The notes under the pieces were generated by a model that made no database searches, had not been told where the DNA came from, and saw only the letters and a program-made list of their open reading frames with translations. The position numbers and the translations under genes are program-made. A stretch of 64,000 bases of DNA, taken from contig OZ176057.1 in NCBI GenBank assembly GCA_964247055.1, positions 2,046,001 to 2,110,000 of the forward strand, given 5' to 3'. Below, one piece after another: positions 1 through 13,278 of the stretch. Within the stretch, counting starts at the first letter, position 1, and every line of letters starts with the position of its first letter. The stretch comes from Paragordius varius. Taxonomy: Eukaryota; Animalia; Nematomorpha.

Positions 1-1479
1 CCTGTTTTTTTATGCTAAACTCTTTTCTTGTTGGCTATTTAATGGATATGATTATACATTTTATTTAGTATTTATGATTTGCGAATTTTCCATTTTTTCG
101 AATAAAAAATAAAATGAAAGATTTATTAACTCAATAATATTAAGAATTTGTTTTTTAAACATGTAAAAGTTATATTAATATATATATATATTAATATATA
201 TATTAATGTATATTATTTTAATAATTTTTTTCTGTAAATTTTAAACTTAAAAACTCCAGTATAAACGACATAAGCTCGAATCCGATATCAAAAGTAGCTG
301 GCTGTATTCTCATCATGATGACCCTTTTTTAAATATATTTAATATACCATTTACAGATTCAAATTTGTCCTTCCTTTAACCCTTAAAGTTAGTCCTTACA
401 TTTTTTATATTGTCTATAATTTTTTATAGATTAATTTATGCAAATCTTTCTTAGCTTCAACATTATATCATAATTTACAAATCTTTTTCCATTCAATAAC
501 GTTTCAAGCTAGTTAAATAAGTGATTGATTTTTTTATATATTTAATCGCTTAATTCTAAAATATATATCTATTATAACTCATTGCATTTTATCGTAAAAG
601 AATTATTAATTAAAATATTACTGTTGATTGAAAAGAAATTATTTGTTAATTAAGAAAGTTCTTTTTAAATAAACATGTTAAATATGATTCACATATAAAT
701 GTATTCAATAAATTGTGAGTATAGGCAAAATTTTTATGTATGTGGACCCTTGAAATGTTTAAAGTCAACTAGAAGTGCAAACATGATAAATTTGAACCAT
801 ATGCTAATATTAAAAAAGGCTATTGAGTTTGTTTTAATTAAAATATATCCAAGCAATTCATAAGGTTTCAAACTTGCAAAACTTGCTTCCAATCGATGGT
901 ATTATCTGGTGCCGTAATTAACTTAGCAAATGTTTTATAAAGGATCGATTTTTAAAGTTAAATGAATGATTAAATGTAAAAAAAATTTAAAAAATAAATT
1001 ATATACTTATTCGTCAAATTTTATATTAAATACACATGTAATGCATGTATGACTGAGATGGGAAATTACAGATATTAAGTAAAATTTAACGTAATTTGAG
1101 TTAAAAGATTTAATGTTATAAAGTTACAACGCATTATTTATTTCTTCATTTTTATATAAAAAAGTGGCTAGTTTGCAAAATACTTTTTCAGTTAAACGAA
1201 AATTTTTCAGAAGTTAAGGTAAAACAATTAGTTGACGTCTTTGAGTATAATTATTACGCATTCATAAGGTGACCAGATTTTTTGAAGGAAAAAGCGGGAC
1301 AAATCTGAGAAAGGGGGGGGGGGTTATGAGGTGGGGTGTACAACCAAAAATTTTTATACAAAAAATTTATTGTAGTATTTATTTATTTTTAACACAAATA
1401 CATTATAAATATGAAAAAATATTTAATTCCTTGGTATATTTTTTATTTGAGTGAATGCGTTTTAGCAGATTGTCATCAT

Positions 1480-3200
1480 TTTATAAAATATTGTAGAAGT
1501 TTTAACAAGAATTTGTCAAATTATATTTGACAGATAAAATGGTAAAGTTTCAACATTTAAATTTGATTTTTCAGATGTCCACATCTGATTTACTGTGGAA
1601 AAAACGCGCTCAGTAGCAGCGTTGGTTCCACGTAAAGATAATGCAAATTCTACATTTTTAAAATATTGTATGGAACATAGTTGTTTCAAAATGATGAAAT
1701 ATTTCTAACCATTTCTTTTCTACTGTATTTTTTTTTGTTGTCCATAATTTAAGTTTTTCTATTAATATATTTTATAACTAATGATATTTTATAAAAAAGA
1801 TATTTTCTGAAAGGTTACTTTTTAAGAATTTTTGGGAGATGCAGAAATGATTTCTGAACATCGCACCAATTAAATTCTGGTTTTAATGTTATCCAATGAA
1901 ATTGATTAATTTCGTTAAACTGCATCGTCCAGTCTTCCAATAATCTTTACAGTTTGTATAAAACATTTTTAATGGTACAGGATATCTTGGCGATATATTT
2001 AGCCTTGATTTTCTAAATTATTTATAATATTGCGGATGGTTACTGGTATAAAATTATTTATTGGAATTTTAGGTTACTAACTTCATTGGCTATTTCGATT
2101 GCCGAAGTTTTGGCACTTTCTATCCATTTAATAACATTTTGAAAGAGAGAAGATTGATTATGTAGGAACTCTAACCATATTGAAGAATCACTTTCAATAA
2201 ACTTTTCCAAAGTTGTAGGACAATTGTCCTGTGATAAAAAAATAGGATTTTAAAGGATCATTTTTTAAAATTCCTTCGATAGCTGGCAGAAGAGCAAACC
2301 AACGAGTTTTACAATATTCAAGCATTTTTTAATATTGAACTACTGCATTTGCACAGAATTTCTTAAGCGTTTTAACGCGTACCGTGTATATAAAAATAGG
2401 AATATACCTTAACTACTACATTTCCCACATCGGGGTAACAAATCAGCAACCGTTTGAAAAGCGTTATGTGTTATATGCGCTACACACCCAACATCAATAA
2501 TGGATTAAGATTATCTGCTAATTACTGAAACTTATTTTTTGTTCCCCTCCTTGATTTCCACCGAAGTTCGTATTGGTGTTGTCACCGCATTATGCGATGA
2601 TTTTGTCTTTTAAATTATTTTTCCCTAGAATATTCATTATTGAAGTAAAATTATGTCGGAATTCGCACCGGGTAGAGAAATAAAATTTAAAATTTTAATT
2701 TTACTTTGGTTTCTGGACCAAAATATTTTATTAACGTGGGAAATATTTTTGTTTCCTGATTTGATACATCAGAGTATGGCGATAGGAAATTAATTTTCAG
2801 CAAATCTTTTTGTATACAGAAAATGCATGTGGCGAAAGGACAATGCATACAATGGCTTCAGCCTTTGTACGGGCACAAATAACATGTGAGCTACAATCCA
2901 TAGATCTAAAGGAATGATTGTGATTAACGCGTGAAAAGATAAAACGCCTTGGGCTAGTGCCAAATTCTTTTCTTCCTCTCCAAAAGCGGTTTTACGATAA
3001 AAATCGCTCATTTTGTAAGATGATGCCACCATATCTAAACATTTTTTATGTTTCTGTGTTTCCATATGCTTTGTAATATCATGCTTACCGCCATGTGGTA
3101 GGGTGAACCCCTAACACCAAGCATTTAACAAATGATTCGTTTTTTTTGATAAAAGGAAATTTTTTCATTAAATCATCGTTAAATTTACAACCTCTTTTTG
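1480..3200 (-). pseudogene. Degenerate hAT transposase (stops and frameshifts), boundaries approximate
   Basis: Minus-strand fragments in order: KRGCKFNDDL..HGGKHDITKHMETQKHK (N-terminal zinc-finger-like region), HNHSFRSMDC..CARTKAEAI, KIIA*CGDNTNTNFGG (catalytic D region), KTRWFALLPAIE, SLRGTNAATERVFSTVNQMWTSEKSNL (hAT C-terminal dimerisation motif). ORF 2790-3065 is one piece. Confidence 0.85.
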
Positions 3201-3219
3201 TACTTATATTTTAAACTAA

Positions 3220-3787
3220 TCTATATATTATAAAAATGGAAAATGCTGGCTTTGTGATCTGGTACCGGAAAACCTGTGGACCCATTCAAATCCAAACTTC
3301 GAAAAAATATAATCATTAATGAATGCCCCGACAATAGCTTCGCCCTTATTTTGAAATAGGCCCCCAGTTCGGGCCCACCCCGTGTGAAAAACGGGTTATT
3401 TTGAAAACAGAAATCCACAAAAATCGTGTCTTTGAGACAATTTTCTGGAGAAAGTGTTGGATAATTCAATTTACTTATTTTCGATTGCACCGAACATAGT
3501 CGTCTCGCTTTTTTGATTTAGTTTCTCTTTTCACCCGCTCCAAATGCCATTTTTTCAAAAAACAGTCCACAAAAATATTTTTTTAAATCTATTTTTCGCC
3601 CTAATAAACAATATATTAGTATGAATGCTCCGTTTTAAAATTCCTATAAAATCATATCTATTAAATAATGTTTCGAAATAATCCACATATGTGGATCATT
3701 TTATAGTCCCTTATTTGAAATAGCCCTCCCCCTCCAGAAGTCCGAAGGACTTCCTCGGGCTGCGTAGCAGCACGAGATTTACGCTAC
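3220..3787 (+). mobile_element. Non-autonomous Helitron nested in the hAT element
   Basis: A|TCTATATATTATAAAAATG 5' end; 3' hairpins at 3737-3753 and 3754-3776 followed by CTAC|T (CTAG in the copy at 19757); inserted between A and T with no TSD; homologous to 19757-20817. Confidence 0.8.
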
Positions 3788-4936
3788 TATTAATATAAAA
3801 AATATTATATTACCTTAATTTTCTGGAGTAAACGTATAAGCTACCGATTTGTGATATTAATTGGTCTTTTTGATAATGTTATAGGATTAGGAAGCAAAGT
3901 GTATAATCATATGATATAAATTTGAAAAAAATAAATATTTTTTATTTAAAATAAAAAACTTTAATTTAAAATTGATACAGATTTTAAAGATAACTAATGA
4001 TAAAAAATTTAAACGGATAAAAAAATAAATTTTTTATAAAAAATTTAAATTTATTTAAAAAAATTTTTTTTTTATATAATCGTGAAAAAGCGGAACATTT
4101 CAAAAACACAACGGGACGCGGGACAAAGTGTGAAAAGCGGGACGTCTGGTCACCTTACGCATTCATTACCCCATGCCCAAGCTTCATAAAACACTTTGGA
4201 TGTTATTTTATCAATTTATAATTGAGTTTTTGATTTTGAATAAAATTAACACCGAAGATTCTATAAACTGAATAAAAGTCAGTTTTATAGTTCATTTTTC
4301 AGGATACAACGTAGATTTTTTCAAATTACTAAATTAGACGAATTTCTGATTAATGTTACTACAAAATACAAATATGCTTCTAAAAATTACTACCTTGTAT
4401 ACGTGCAACCTTTGATAAAAATATTTCAAAAATTTATAATCTTTTTACTGTCACAATAAAAATCCTGATATGTTTGTTTTTATATTATTAATTATTTCTG
4501 CTTAAAATAAAATTTCTAACAAATCATATATTAATTCAATAACTTTAGTTCTCATTATTATATATATAAAAATTTCCCATTCATTATAAATTTGAGGTTG
4601 TTGCTTTTTCCATAAGTAATCACCATAATTGGACAATATAGACAGCTTTTAGGACACCGTACTAATTAATATATAATAATTGGGTAAGAATATAAATAAA
4701 TATAATAGATAGAATACCACTCCATGATCAACGATTATTAGTAATTTGGTTTTAAGAATATATTGACTTCCTATTTAAATATGTTTATTAATAAATTAAA
4801 GTGGAATCCAAATATAAAAAAATCACCTATGCAACATAAATATTTCATAATACCTAAAATATAAAAATTGATCGTATAAATAAGACCATTTTGTCTTGTC
4901 TAAAGTAGGAAAGTTTTGAGGAAGTATTTTAAATAA

Positions 4937-7900
4937 TTATTGCCATAGAGTGTAAAAAATCTTTAAATTGATATTCGTTGCAAAAATGCCCTAAATGCAG
5001 AATATTTTTAACATAGGGAAACGAAATAATATGTATATATATATACCCTCATAGCTATGGTCCCATTGTAATCTGGAACCACGACCCTTAAATATACCAC
5101 TGATATTGGATCAAGAACTCCACCCGAACCTGATATGGCTGACCCTATGTCAGAGCCATCGACTGTGATTTCAAACGTATTTGTTGCGAAACCAGTTATA
5201 ACTATATATGGAAAAAAATATTTATTTACAGTAATGCCCCCTTTATACAATCAATATACGCATTAATGTTGTTCACATTTTTTGACCAGTTGGTAAGGTT
5301 AAAAAAGAGAAAATGGTTGGAATACAATTATATCCTATCTTACGACGTCAATTAATTATACAGATAGCATTTGTACTATATTTACCAAGTGATCAACAAT
5401 ATGTGAATTGATTAATTATATGCATACTGTAAATACAGTAAACATTTCTTCATAAACTTTTTAAAATAAAGTAGTCGCTGCACGGAGGTAGGGGACAATA
5501 GGGATGAGGAAGGTTGTAGAATGTGTTTTGCTAGTATAAATGTTGGTTCGTTAAAAAGTAAGTTATATGATTTAGTTGAAACTATGAGGGTAAAAAAAGT
5601 AAATTTTTTGTGCATTCAGGAGACCAGATACCGTGGAAATGATACTAGACGTTAGAGGGTAATTATAAAATGTTTTATTCAGGTTCTACGGATGGTTACT
5701 GTGGGGTTGCCATAATAGTGTGCCCAAGATTTGCCAATTAAGTAATTGAGGTTAGACGTGCTGACAGTAGAATCTGTCGACCTATTGTTAAATAAGAGGG
5801 TTTTTACTATATTTAGCGTTTATGCCCCCCAGATAAGTTTAACCAAACCGGAGAAAGATAAATTTTATGATTTGTTAGACGCAGAAATGACTTCATTAAC
5901 GAAAGACAGAGAAATTATATTTTGTGGTGATTTCAACGGACACGTGGGACAAAATAGGAGAGGTTTTGAGCCTTGGCAAGGCGGAAAAGGTTACGGGGTT
6001 ATAAATGATAAAGGGGCTAGTTTATGCCCAATCTTATAACTTTGCTATAACAAATACTTTGTTTACTAAAAAGGATAGCCACTTAATTACCTACGAAAGT
6101 GGAAATAAGAAGTCACAAATTGATTATATTCTAGTGCCACGAAAGTCTTTAAAGTTTGTTTTGGACTGCAAAGTGATACCTAATTTGCAGATTAGCATAC
6201 AATACAATTTAATTATGTGTAAATATATGACAGATATACCAATAAATGCCAAAAAGCCTAAGCTTATAGCGCCGAAGGTAATTAAATGGGATTCTCTAAG
6301 AAACAGTAAAGAAAGATTCGTAGAAACGGTAGGCATACTAGACAGGAACAGTGATCCAGAAAGTGTTTGGTCTCAGGTGGCAAAAAAAAGAGAAGCGGGA
6401 GTTAAGGTGTGCGGAACGAAAGGTGGCAGAAACCAGGTTTATAGAGAAGCATGGCTGAAAGACGAAAAAATAATTCTGAAATCGCGAGAGAAAAATCAAG
6501 CTTTTAAAATGTGGAGGTTTACCCACTAAGCAGAAGACAATGAAAAATATAAAAGGATTAATAAGGAACTTAAAAGGCTTGTAAGATTGGTCAAAAAAGA
6601 AAAGATGGCATCATTATATGAAGAGTTAAACAGTAGGCAAGGTTTAAACAAAGTTTTTAAAATTTCTCGACAAAGACACAGAAGAAAGCTGGACTTGCCT
6701 CCTTACACGAAAGCTATTAAAGATAAAAACGGCAAATTACTCGTTGAGGAAGCGAAAATATTGAAAAGGTGGAAAGAACATTTCCAGGACCTTGAATTGG
6801 ACGTCAGTGAAACAAGTTTACCCGAAACACCAGATTATAAATCTGCGCATATTGAAAGTATAACAAAAGAAGAAGTCCAGGGGTTTAGGATGTCAATAAA
6901 TAAGGTTGCAGGTCCAGACGATATTAACATAAACTGTTGGAAAATATTGTCAGAGAAAGGTATTGAATTTTTAGTGGATATTTTTAATAATGTAGTTACT
7001 ACAGGCATGATACCAACCGAATGGAAGGAGAGTTTCACTGTTCCCATTTTCAAGGGTAAAGGAGATATTAATGATTGTAATAATTACAGAGGGATAAGAT
7101 TGATATCGCATACAATGAAGTTATTTGAGAAAGTACTAGAGAAGCGAATGAGAAAAATGATTAGTATAGAGACTAATCAATTTGGTTTTATTCCAGGAAA
7201 ATCCACCATTGATCCAATTCACGCAGTAAGAAGGCTAATCGAGAAGCATATAGAAATGAAAAAGGAGTTGCATGGTATGTGTATTGATATTGAAAAGGCA
7301 TTTGACAGAATACTTCGGAGCACAATATGGTGGAGCTTAAGACGGAAAATGGTCCCTGAAAGTTACATAAAGATCTTAAAAAGCATGTATGAATCACACC
7401 AAACCAAAATTAAAACACACTAGGGAATATCAGGTCCTATTAAAATAAACGAAGGGGTTTATCAGGGGTCTGCAATCAGCCCGTTATTATTTATAATATG
7501 CATGGACGAAATTTCAAAAGAAGTAGGGCAACATGATGGCTGGTATTTTCTTTATGCAGACGACCTAATAGTGCTGTCCGACGAGTTGCATGAATTAAAA
7601 GAATCGGTGGGTAAATGGATTGATGTGTTACGACGATGCGGATTTAAAGTTAACAAAAAGAAAACGGAACTGATAAATTTTGGCGGAAAAAACGAGAAAT
7701 AGAATTAGAAGAAGGGTGGGTATTGAAAGGTCAGGAAGAATGCAAATATTTAGGAGCGATATTAGCAGCTGATGGTTCTTTAACACTTGATATTAATTTA
7801 AGAATTCGAAATAGTTGGGCAAATTATAAAAAGATCTCAAGTGTTTTGTGCCACAAAAATATTGACCTAAAAGTAAAGGGTAAGATTTACAGTGCTGTTG

Positions 7901-8482
7901 TACAACCAACAATAATGTACAACTCACAGACATGGGCAATAAAGAAATCAGAAGAGAGGCACTTTGAGGTTACTGAAATGAGAATGCTTAGATTGATGTG
8001 CGGTGTAACGAGGAATGACAAGGTGAAGAATGTCTACATAAGAGGAAGTACGGAAATCAAATCGGTAACGCAAAAGATGATGGTAAATCGTTTAAGATGG
8101 TTTGGACATGTTGAAAGAAGAGATAAAAATTACATTGGTAAAAAGATTGATGATATTGTAAAAGGCAAGAGGGGAAAAGGGCGCCCTAAAACGCGATGGA
8201 TAGATACAGTTAAGAGGGACATGGCAAAACTGAGCCTAAAACGCGAAGGCGCCTTAGACAGGGTTCTATGGCGAAATAGTTTACGGATATGACCGCTCGA
8301 AAGAGTGATATCATATAATGTAATTATTATTATTATAAGTAGATTATTTAGATTATCATATATTTTTGCGAAGGTGCACGAGTTCCACTCAATATGGTTT
8401 TTAGGTGGGTCAATATAAAAATCACCGCAAAAAGGACTAAATTAGATACAATGGTATTTAAAGGGGAAGGGAAAAAAATCAT
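4937..8482 (-). CDS. Candidate orphan gene A (putative secreted beta-rich protein); tentative exons 8482-8389, 5334-5287, 5201-5047, 4990-4937
   Basis: Phase-consistent GT-AG model: MIFFPSPLNTIVSNLVLFAVIFILTHLKTIL-R-YNCIPTIFSFLTLPT-V-ITGFATNTFEITVDGSDIGSAISGSGGVLDPISVVYLRVVVPDYNGTIAMR-GIFATNINLKIFYTLWQ*. The first two exons are speculative; no family recognised. Confidence 0.38.
5047..5201 (-). CDS. Core internal exon of orphan gene A (155 nt, phase 1 to 0)
   Basis: GC-elevated open frame bounded by tatatag| acceptor and AGG|gtatat donor; same length, phases and donor context as exon 50791-50945. Confidence 0.55.
5475..8336 (+). mobile_element. RTE-clade non-LTR retrotransposon (APE endonuclease + reverse transcriptase), near full length, inactivated
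   Basis: From ATG 5521: SINVGSL..LCIQETR, GDFNGHVG, SQIDYIL (APE); KGKGDINDCNNYRGIRLISHTMKLFEK, QFGFIPGKST, DIEKAFD, QGSAISPLLF, LYADDL (RT); EMRMLR..RLRWFGHV..GRPKTRW (RTE C-terminus). Several stops (e.g. 6527, 7421, 7700) and frameshifts; (ATT)n tail near 8321-8336; possible 6-bp TSD AAGTAG (5469-5474 / 8337-8342, weak). Confidence 0.94.
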
Positions 8483-9268
8483 GTTTGTGTATTAATTAAT
8501 TTTATTGTGTCACCCTTGCAAACATTTTATCCAAATTTTAACGTATTGTTTTACCTAGAAAAGCAAGATTAAAACCCTTAATTATTGATGCAAAAAGATA
8601 TGATTTAAAACGACACAAATTTACATTATAATTTAATAACTAACTATAAATTTTCACTTAATTTAACCGTTTAGAACTAGAAAATCAATTTAGAATTATA
8701 CCCCATTTACAGTTTAAGATACATAAATTTTAAACATACTATTGGCCCATCCTGCGAATAGGAGATTTTCATTTCCACAATTTTTAAAGGAGTCTCCTAA
8801 ATATAATATACATTCTTTAATATCCAAATACCTATAAGTTTATAAAAATATTCTGGAATCTATACAGAACCAAGATATATATTTCATATCTATAAAACTG
8901 TATATATTTTTTTATTCGAAAGTAACATTTTTTCAACCAAACGCAACATTCAAGCAAAGACAATTGATCTCGAAAAATGTTGCGTTTGCTTGAAAAAAAT
9001 GTTGTCTTTTGAAAAAATGTTTGCTTTGGACTGATAAAATGTTATCTTTGATTGAAAATGGTGTAATAATTTGCCATATATTATCATCAATATTAATTTT
9101 CTAATAAAATTCAATTACGGATTTCTGGTTGCATTTTATTTTTTTGCATATGTAAGAGTAATTTATTATTTAATTTTAAACAAAATTTGCTTCATATATT
9201 GCTTGCATTGTATATCAAAATTAAAACATAACTTTTTATTGGGAAAATTTCGACTTCCATTACAATCG

Positions 9269-9457
9269 CAGTATGCATTTTAATGGTTGCTTATTTCTCA
9301 CTTTAGCAGCGCCATTTGCAACATAGTAAGTAGTGTATGGAAAAAACAACAAACTGTTAAATAATGAGCAATTGTTTCTTTTCTTTTTTCCATGCCCTCC
9401 TCTGTTGCAAATTGCACTACTATAGTGTGAATTTAGCAACCATTAAAATGCATACTG
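9269..9457. mobile_element. Tc1/mariner-type MITE, family CAGTATGCAT
   Basis: TIR CAGTATGCATTTTAATGGTTGCT / AGCAACCATTAAAATGCATACTG, TA on the right flank, palindromic interior. Confidence 0.8.
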
Positions 9458-9960
9458 TATATTTTAGAAAGAAATCTGCCTAATATAAATATTTATCTTG
9501 AACATTTTTAATTTAAAATACTCGACGGGCTTTTCTAAATGTAATGAGCATCAATAAATATTTTAGTTGATTTTTAACGGACTGTAAAACTAATATGTAA
9601 ACTCAAAAAATCACTATATATTGCATTAATTATTAATAGCAAAAAATACCATTCTGATATTTTTACTAAAAGTTTAAAACCAAAGTATAAGTAATATCTA
9701 GGCATTTAAGAATTCCAACAAAACATATAATTCCACTTTGTGACATGATTTTAATTATATTTAAGGTTATTTTACATTAATTTTATTATTTAAAAAGTTA
9801 TTATTTAATATTTTTTTAAATCTTTGCGTGTGGGCCGGATAAAAACTTGCGGATATTTAACCCTAATCTATAATGCCTATAATCAAATCAAACATTTGAA
9901 TTTAAATAAAGTAATTGTGATATTTCCCATAACATAGTTTTCCATTGCAAAGTTTACAAT

Positions 9961-10124
9961 ATGATGGTTGCTTATTTTACACTGTAGTAGGGTAATTTGC
10001 AACACAGGAGTGTATGGAAAAAAACAACAAACTGTTGAATAAACTATTATTTCCTTTCTTTCCCGTACACTCTCTGTGTTGCAAATTTATAATGTGAAAT
10101 AAGCAACCAATAAAATGCATACTG
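9961..10124. mobile_element. MITE family CAGTATGCAT, left end truncated
   Basis: Shares interior and right TIR (AAAATGCATACTG|TA) with 9269-9457. Confidence 0.65.
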
Positions 10125-10644
10125 TAATAATTTATTTGATCGATGAAAACCGGATGTATTTGGCGGCAAATGTGACACACTTTTAAAACAAGAAAGCTCT
10201 TAAAGCAGAGGTGTATCCAACATTAATATCTTCGCGGCTGCTTTGATAGTATTTTTTTTAATTATTTTGTTGACCCCAATTTTGGATGATATATCTTCAA
10301 TCGTAATTTTTATTTGAAATCTAATTTTTTATTTTTTTAAAATTTTTTAGAGCTCTTTTGCGTCCCCAAAAAAGCGTGATTATAGATATATATTATATAC
10401 CAAGCTCGCTCCGTACAACATAAGAATATCCATTTTTTATAACTACTCCATTAAACTCACATGCTTGAATCGGTAAAATGCATCCCAAATCTATCATAGA
10501 TAAATAATATGTCACAAATATTTTAAATTACACAAATTCTAAAATTTTTTTTTTATAAAAATAATCTCATTTTCAATTAAAACGTTTTAAACCAACCATT
10601 AGAATTTTCTACCAATAAAATCTGTTTGGTACATTCTTGTTATA

Positions 10645-11040
10645 CAGTAAAAATTAAAATTACACCATAAAAAAGTAAATATAATTTTTTTAAAGACAAC
10701 CATGTATTTTGATTATTTTTATATAACTCATCTTGATTAGACATGTTAATATATTCATTTATAAAGTGAAAAATTTTGAATAACAGTATGCATTTAATTG
10801 GTTGCTTATTTCAGACTATTAGCGCAATTTTCAACACAGGAGTGTATGGAAAAAAGAAATGAAAAATTGTTTCAAAATTTTGTTGTTCTTTACCATATAC
10901 TATGTTGTTTGCCCTACTTTAGTGTGAAACAACCATTAAAATGCATACTGTATTTTAAGTGTGAAATAAGGTTCAAAAAAGTTTTGGTTGTCTTTTTACA
11001 TGAAAATATATGTATCTTCGTTTTGTTAATTTTAATTAAA
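10645..11040. mobile_element. MITE family CAGTAAAAA split by nested MITE 10784-10950 (right end approximate)
   Basis: Left half TA|CAGTAAAAATTAAAATTAC..AAAGACAACCAT and right half GGTTGTCTTT.. match the intact copy 32904-33188. Confidence 0.55.
10784..10950. mobile_element. MITE family CAGTATGCAT
   Basis: CAGTATGCATTT..AAATGCATACTG|TA termini; interior similar to 9269-9457. Confidence 0.75.
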
Positions 11041-12217
11041 TTAATAATTTAAGACTTACGGCATACCAGGATAATTATACCATATGAAATATATTTTGGA
11101 ATAAAATTCATTTTTCCCTCTTTTATTCAAAAAAAGTAAAAATTATAAAGAATTAATCGGCAATTCTCACATATCGAAAAAATGCTGATATACAACAAAT
11201 CTCAATTTCGGTTACGCAGCTATATAGATAATACTGCCAATTTTTGTATACTTATAGTTAGAATAATTTTAACCAAGCACTTTTTTAAATCGTATTTTAG
11301 GATAAAATTAGGTCACAGATATTTCTATTTATTCATTTGTTTGTTTAGCACAATGGTTTTTTGGCACCTTGCTAACTCTGGGTGTCAAAATTAAACAATA
11401 TAATATAATAATATAGTTCATAGTAAAATTTTAATGGAAATCATTTATTTTTTGCACCCTTTGTTTATGGTTCACAGCTGTTCAACACAAATAGAGGACC
11501 CTAATACACTAACAAAATTAAACCGAAAAATATTTTATTACATTATTATAATTCAATACTGTATGTAAATACTATATACATCCCCTAGTGTTGATTGTTT
11601 ATTCTGTTGGCAGGCAGCATTTTAAAAGATATACTCAGATCTGCCTGCATTTTTTAACAAAAAGTTAAGATTATCTTGAATTAAAAAACTTCAAATTATT
11701 TTTTCTGTTTTCGTTTATTTATAAAAATTACATGAAATTTTTAACTTGCAAAAGACGTAACACTTTGCGAAATACGAATTTAAGTTTATATGGTAACATA
11801 TTGACAACTTTAAAAACTTTACCTAACCAATGAAATAATTGATAATTATAATAAAATGTCATTCAAAAAGTTATAATTTTACTAAGATATTTTCCTTAAT
11901 TATACAATGTTCTATATATTTATTTTTTTTTCAAATTTTTCGTGTGACATAGAATTTTTTTTGTAAGACTTACGGGCCGCGGGTAACCTGGATAAGTAAA
12001 ATTATTTTTGCTTTCCAGGGGTGATTCTCACAACATGCGGTGCGGTCCTTAAAAATTTTTTAATATCTCGCGAAAAATTTGAAAAAATACCAAATAATTA
12101 TCTCATATTTTGTAATTTGGAAATATATGCTGTGTAGGGAGTCCTGGTATAATTAAAAACATTTTTGATTTTAAAATTTATTTTTTTCAAAAATTAGTAT
12201 CTAGATTTATTCAGATT

Positions 12218-12251
<34 letters not shown>

Positions 12252-13278
12252 ATTTAATTTAATTAAACATCATTGATTGTTCGTAAAAGGGTTATTTAGC
12301 GGTTTAATATTTATATATACCTTAAAATTAAATTAAATTTAGTAACTATGAGTTAGGGTAAATTTAAAAAGACTGTTTTGAGATCCCTTCAATTTTTTAT
12401 AAATATAATTAGATTTGATGATTTTTAAAGGATGATATTGCTTAATTTTTGAAAAATATTGGCAAATCTGACTAGTTCTCTCTATTATTTCGCAATTAAT
12501 TAAATAATAATTGTAGTCGGTATATCGTTTGGTAATTAGTCCTATGTTTGAAGGCTATGAATTAAAATTTGTTATTGCTGTTAGGCTATCAGCAAAAGGT
12601 AACGGAAGATTAGCATATATATATTCAAAAAAACATAAATATAAGCCAAAAATCCAAATACGCCTCATTTTAGATTCTATAGTTTTTTTCGTTAAACATC
12701 TATCCTAAAAATAATTTTTTGTGGTATCGAATATTGTGTAAAAGTTTTAAAAACAGTATGCCAAATTTGGGATCAAAATAATAGTTTTTGATTTTCGTAC
12801 AGAATACAAATTATTTTCTAAATTTTTGCATTTATCTTCAAAAAACTAATCCATTTTAGAAGGGTCAAAAAATTGCGACTTTTGGAGCTAAACACTAAAC
12901 TTTACGAAAATATCGTTTTACTCGTTTATATATTTTAATGATATTTTTTTGTATATAACTTTCATCATAAACATTTAGCAAACACAGCGCATACAAAACA
13001 ATAGATGAAATTTATATTTTTTTAGTATAAAATTGGTTTGGGCCATACTTTTAAAAAAGTTATTCCACTTTTGTGGTATTGCTCCATGGAAACTTAGCAA
13101 AATTTGCCGACATTATGGTGAATATAATTTTTTGCTAAAAGCCAAATTCTTTTCAAAAAATATCGGATTTTACCTATGTTTAATAAGCAACACATTTCTA
13201 CAAATTCAGAAAGTTTGGATCAGCGGTACTTGAACCGCAGCCGGGCCACATCCGGCCTGTTTTTATGGCCTTAATTAA

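Larger units (their letters stand above)
1265..4157 (-). mobile_element. hAT DNA transposon (Blackjack-like), both ends intact, 2893 bp
   Basis: 13-bp perfect TIR TAAGGTGACCAGA (1265-1277) / TCTGGTCACCTTA (4145-4157); identical 8-bp TSD CGCATTCA at 1257-1264 and 4158-4165; subterminal GCGGGAC(A) motifs; internal transposase remnant. Confidence 0.92.

Noticed and set aside
3221-3490. ORFs 3221-3490, 20351-20545 and 20618-20833 as a repeated small protein
   Set aside because: They lie in non-autonomous Helitron copies, and the frames are not conserved between copies.
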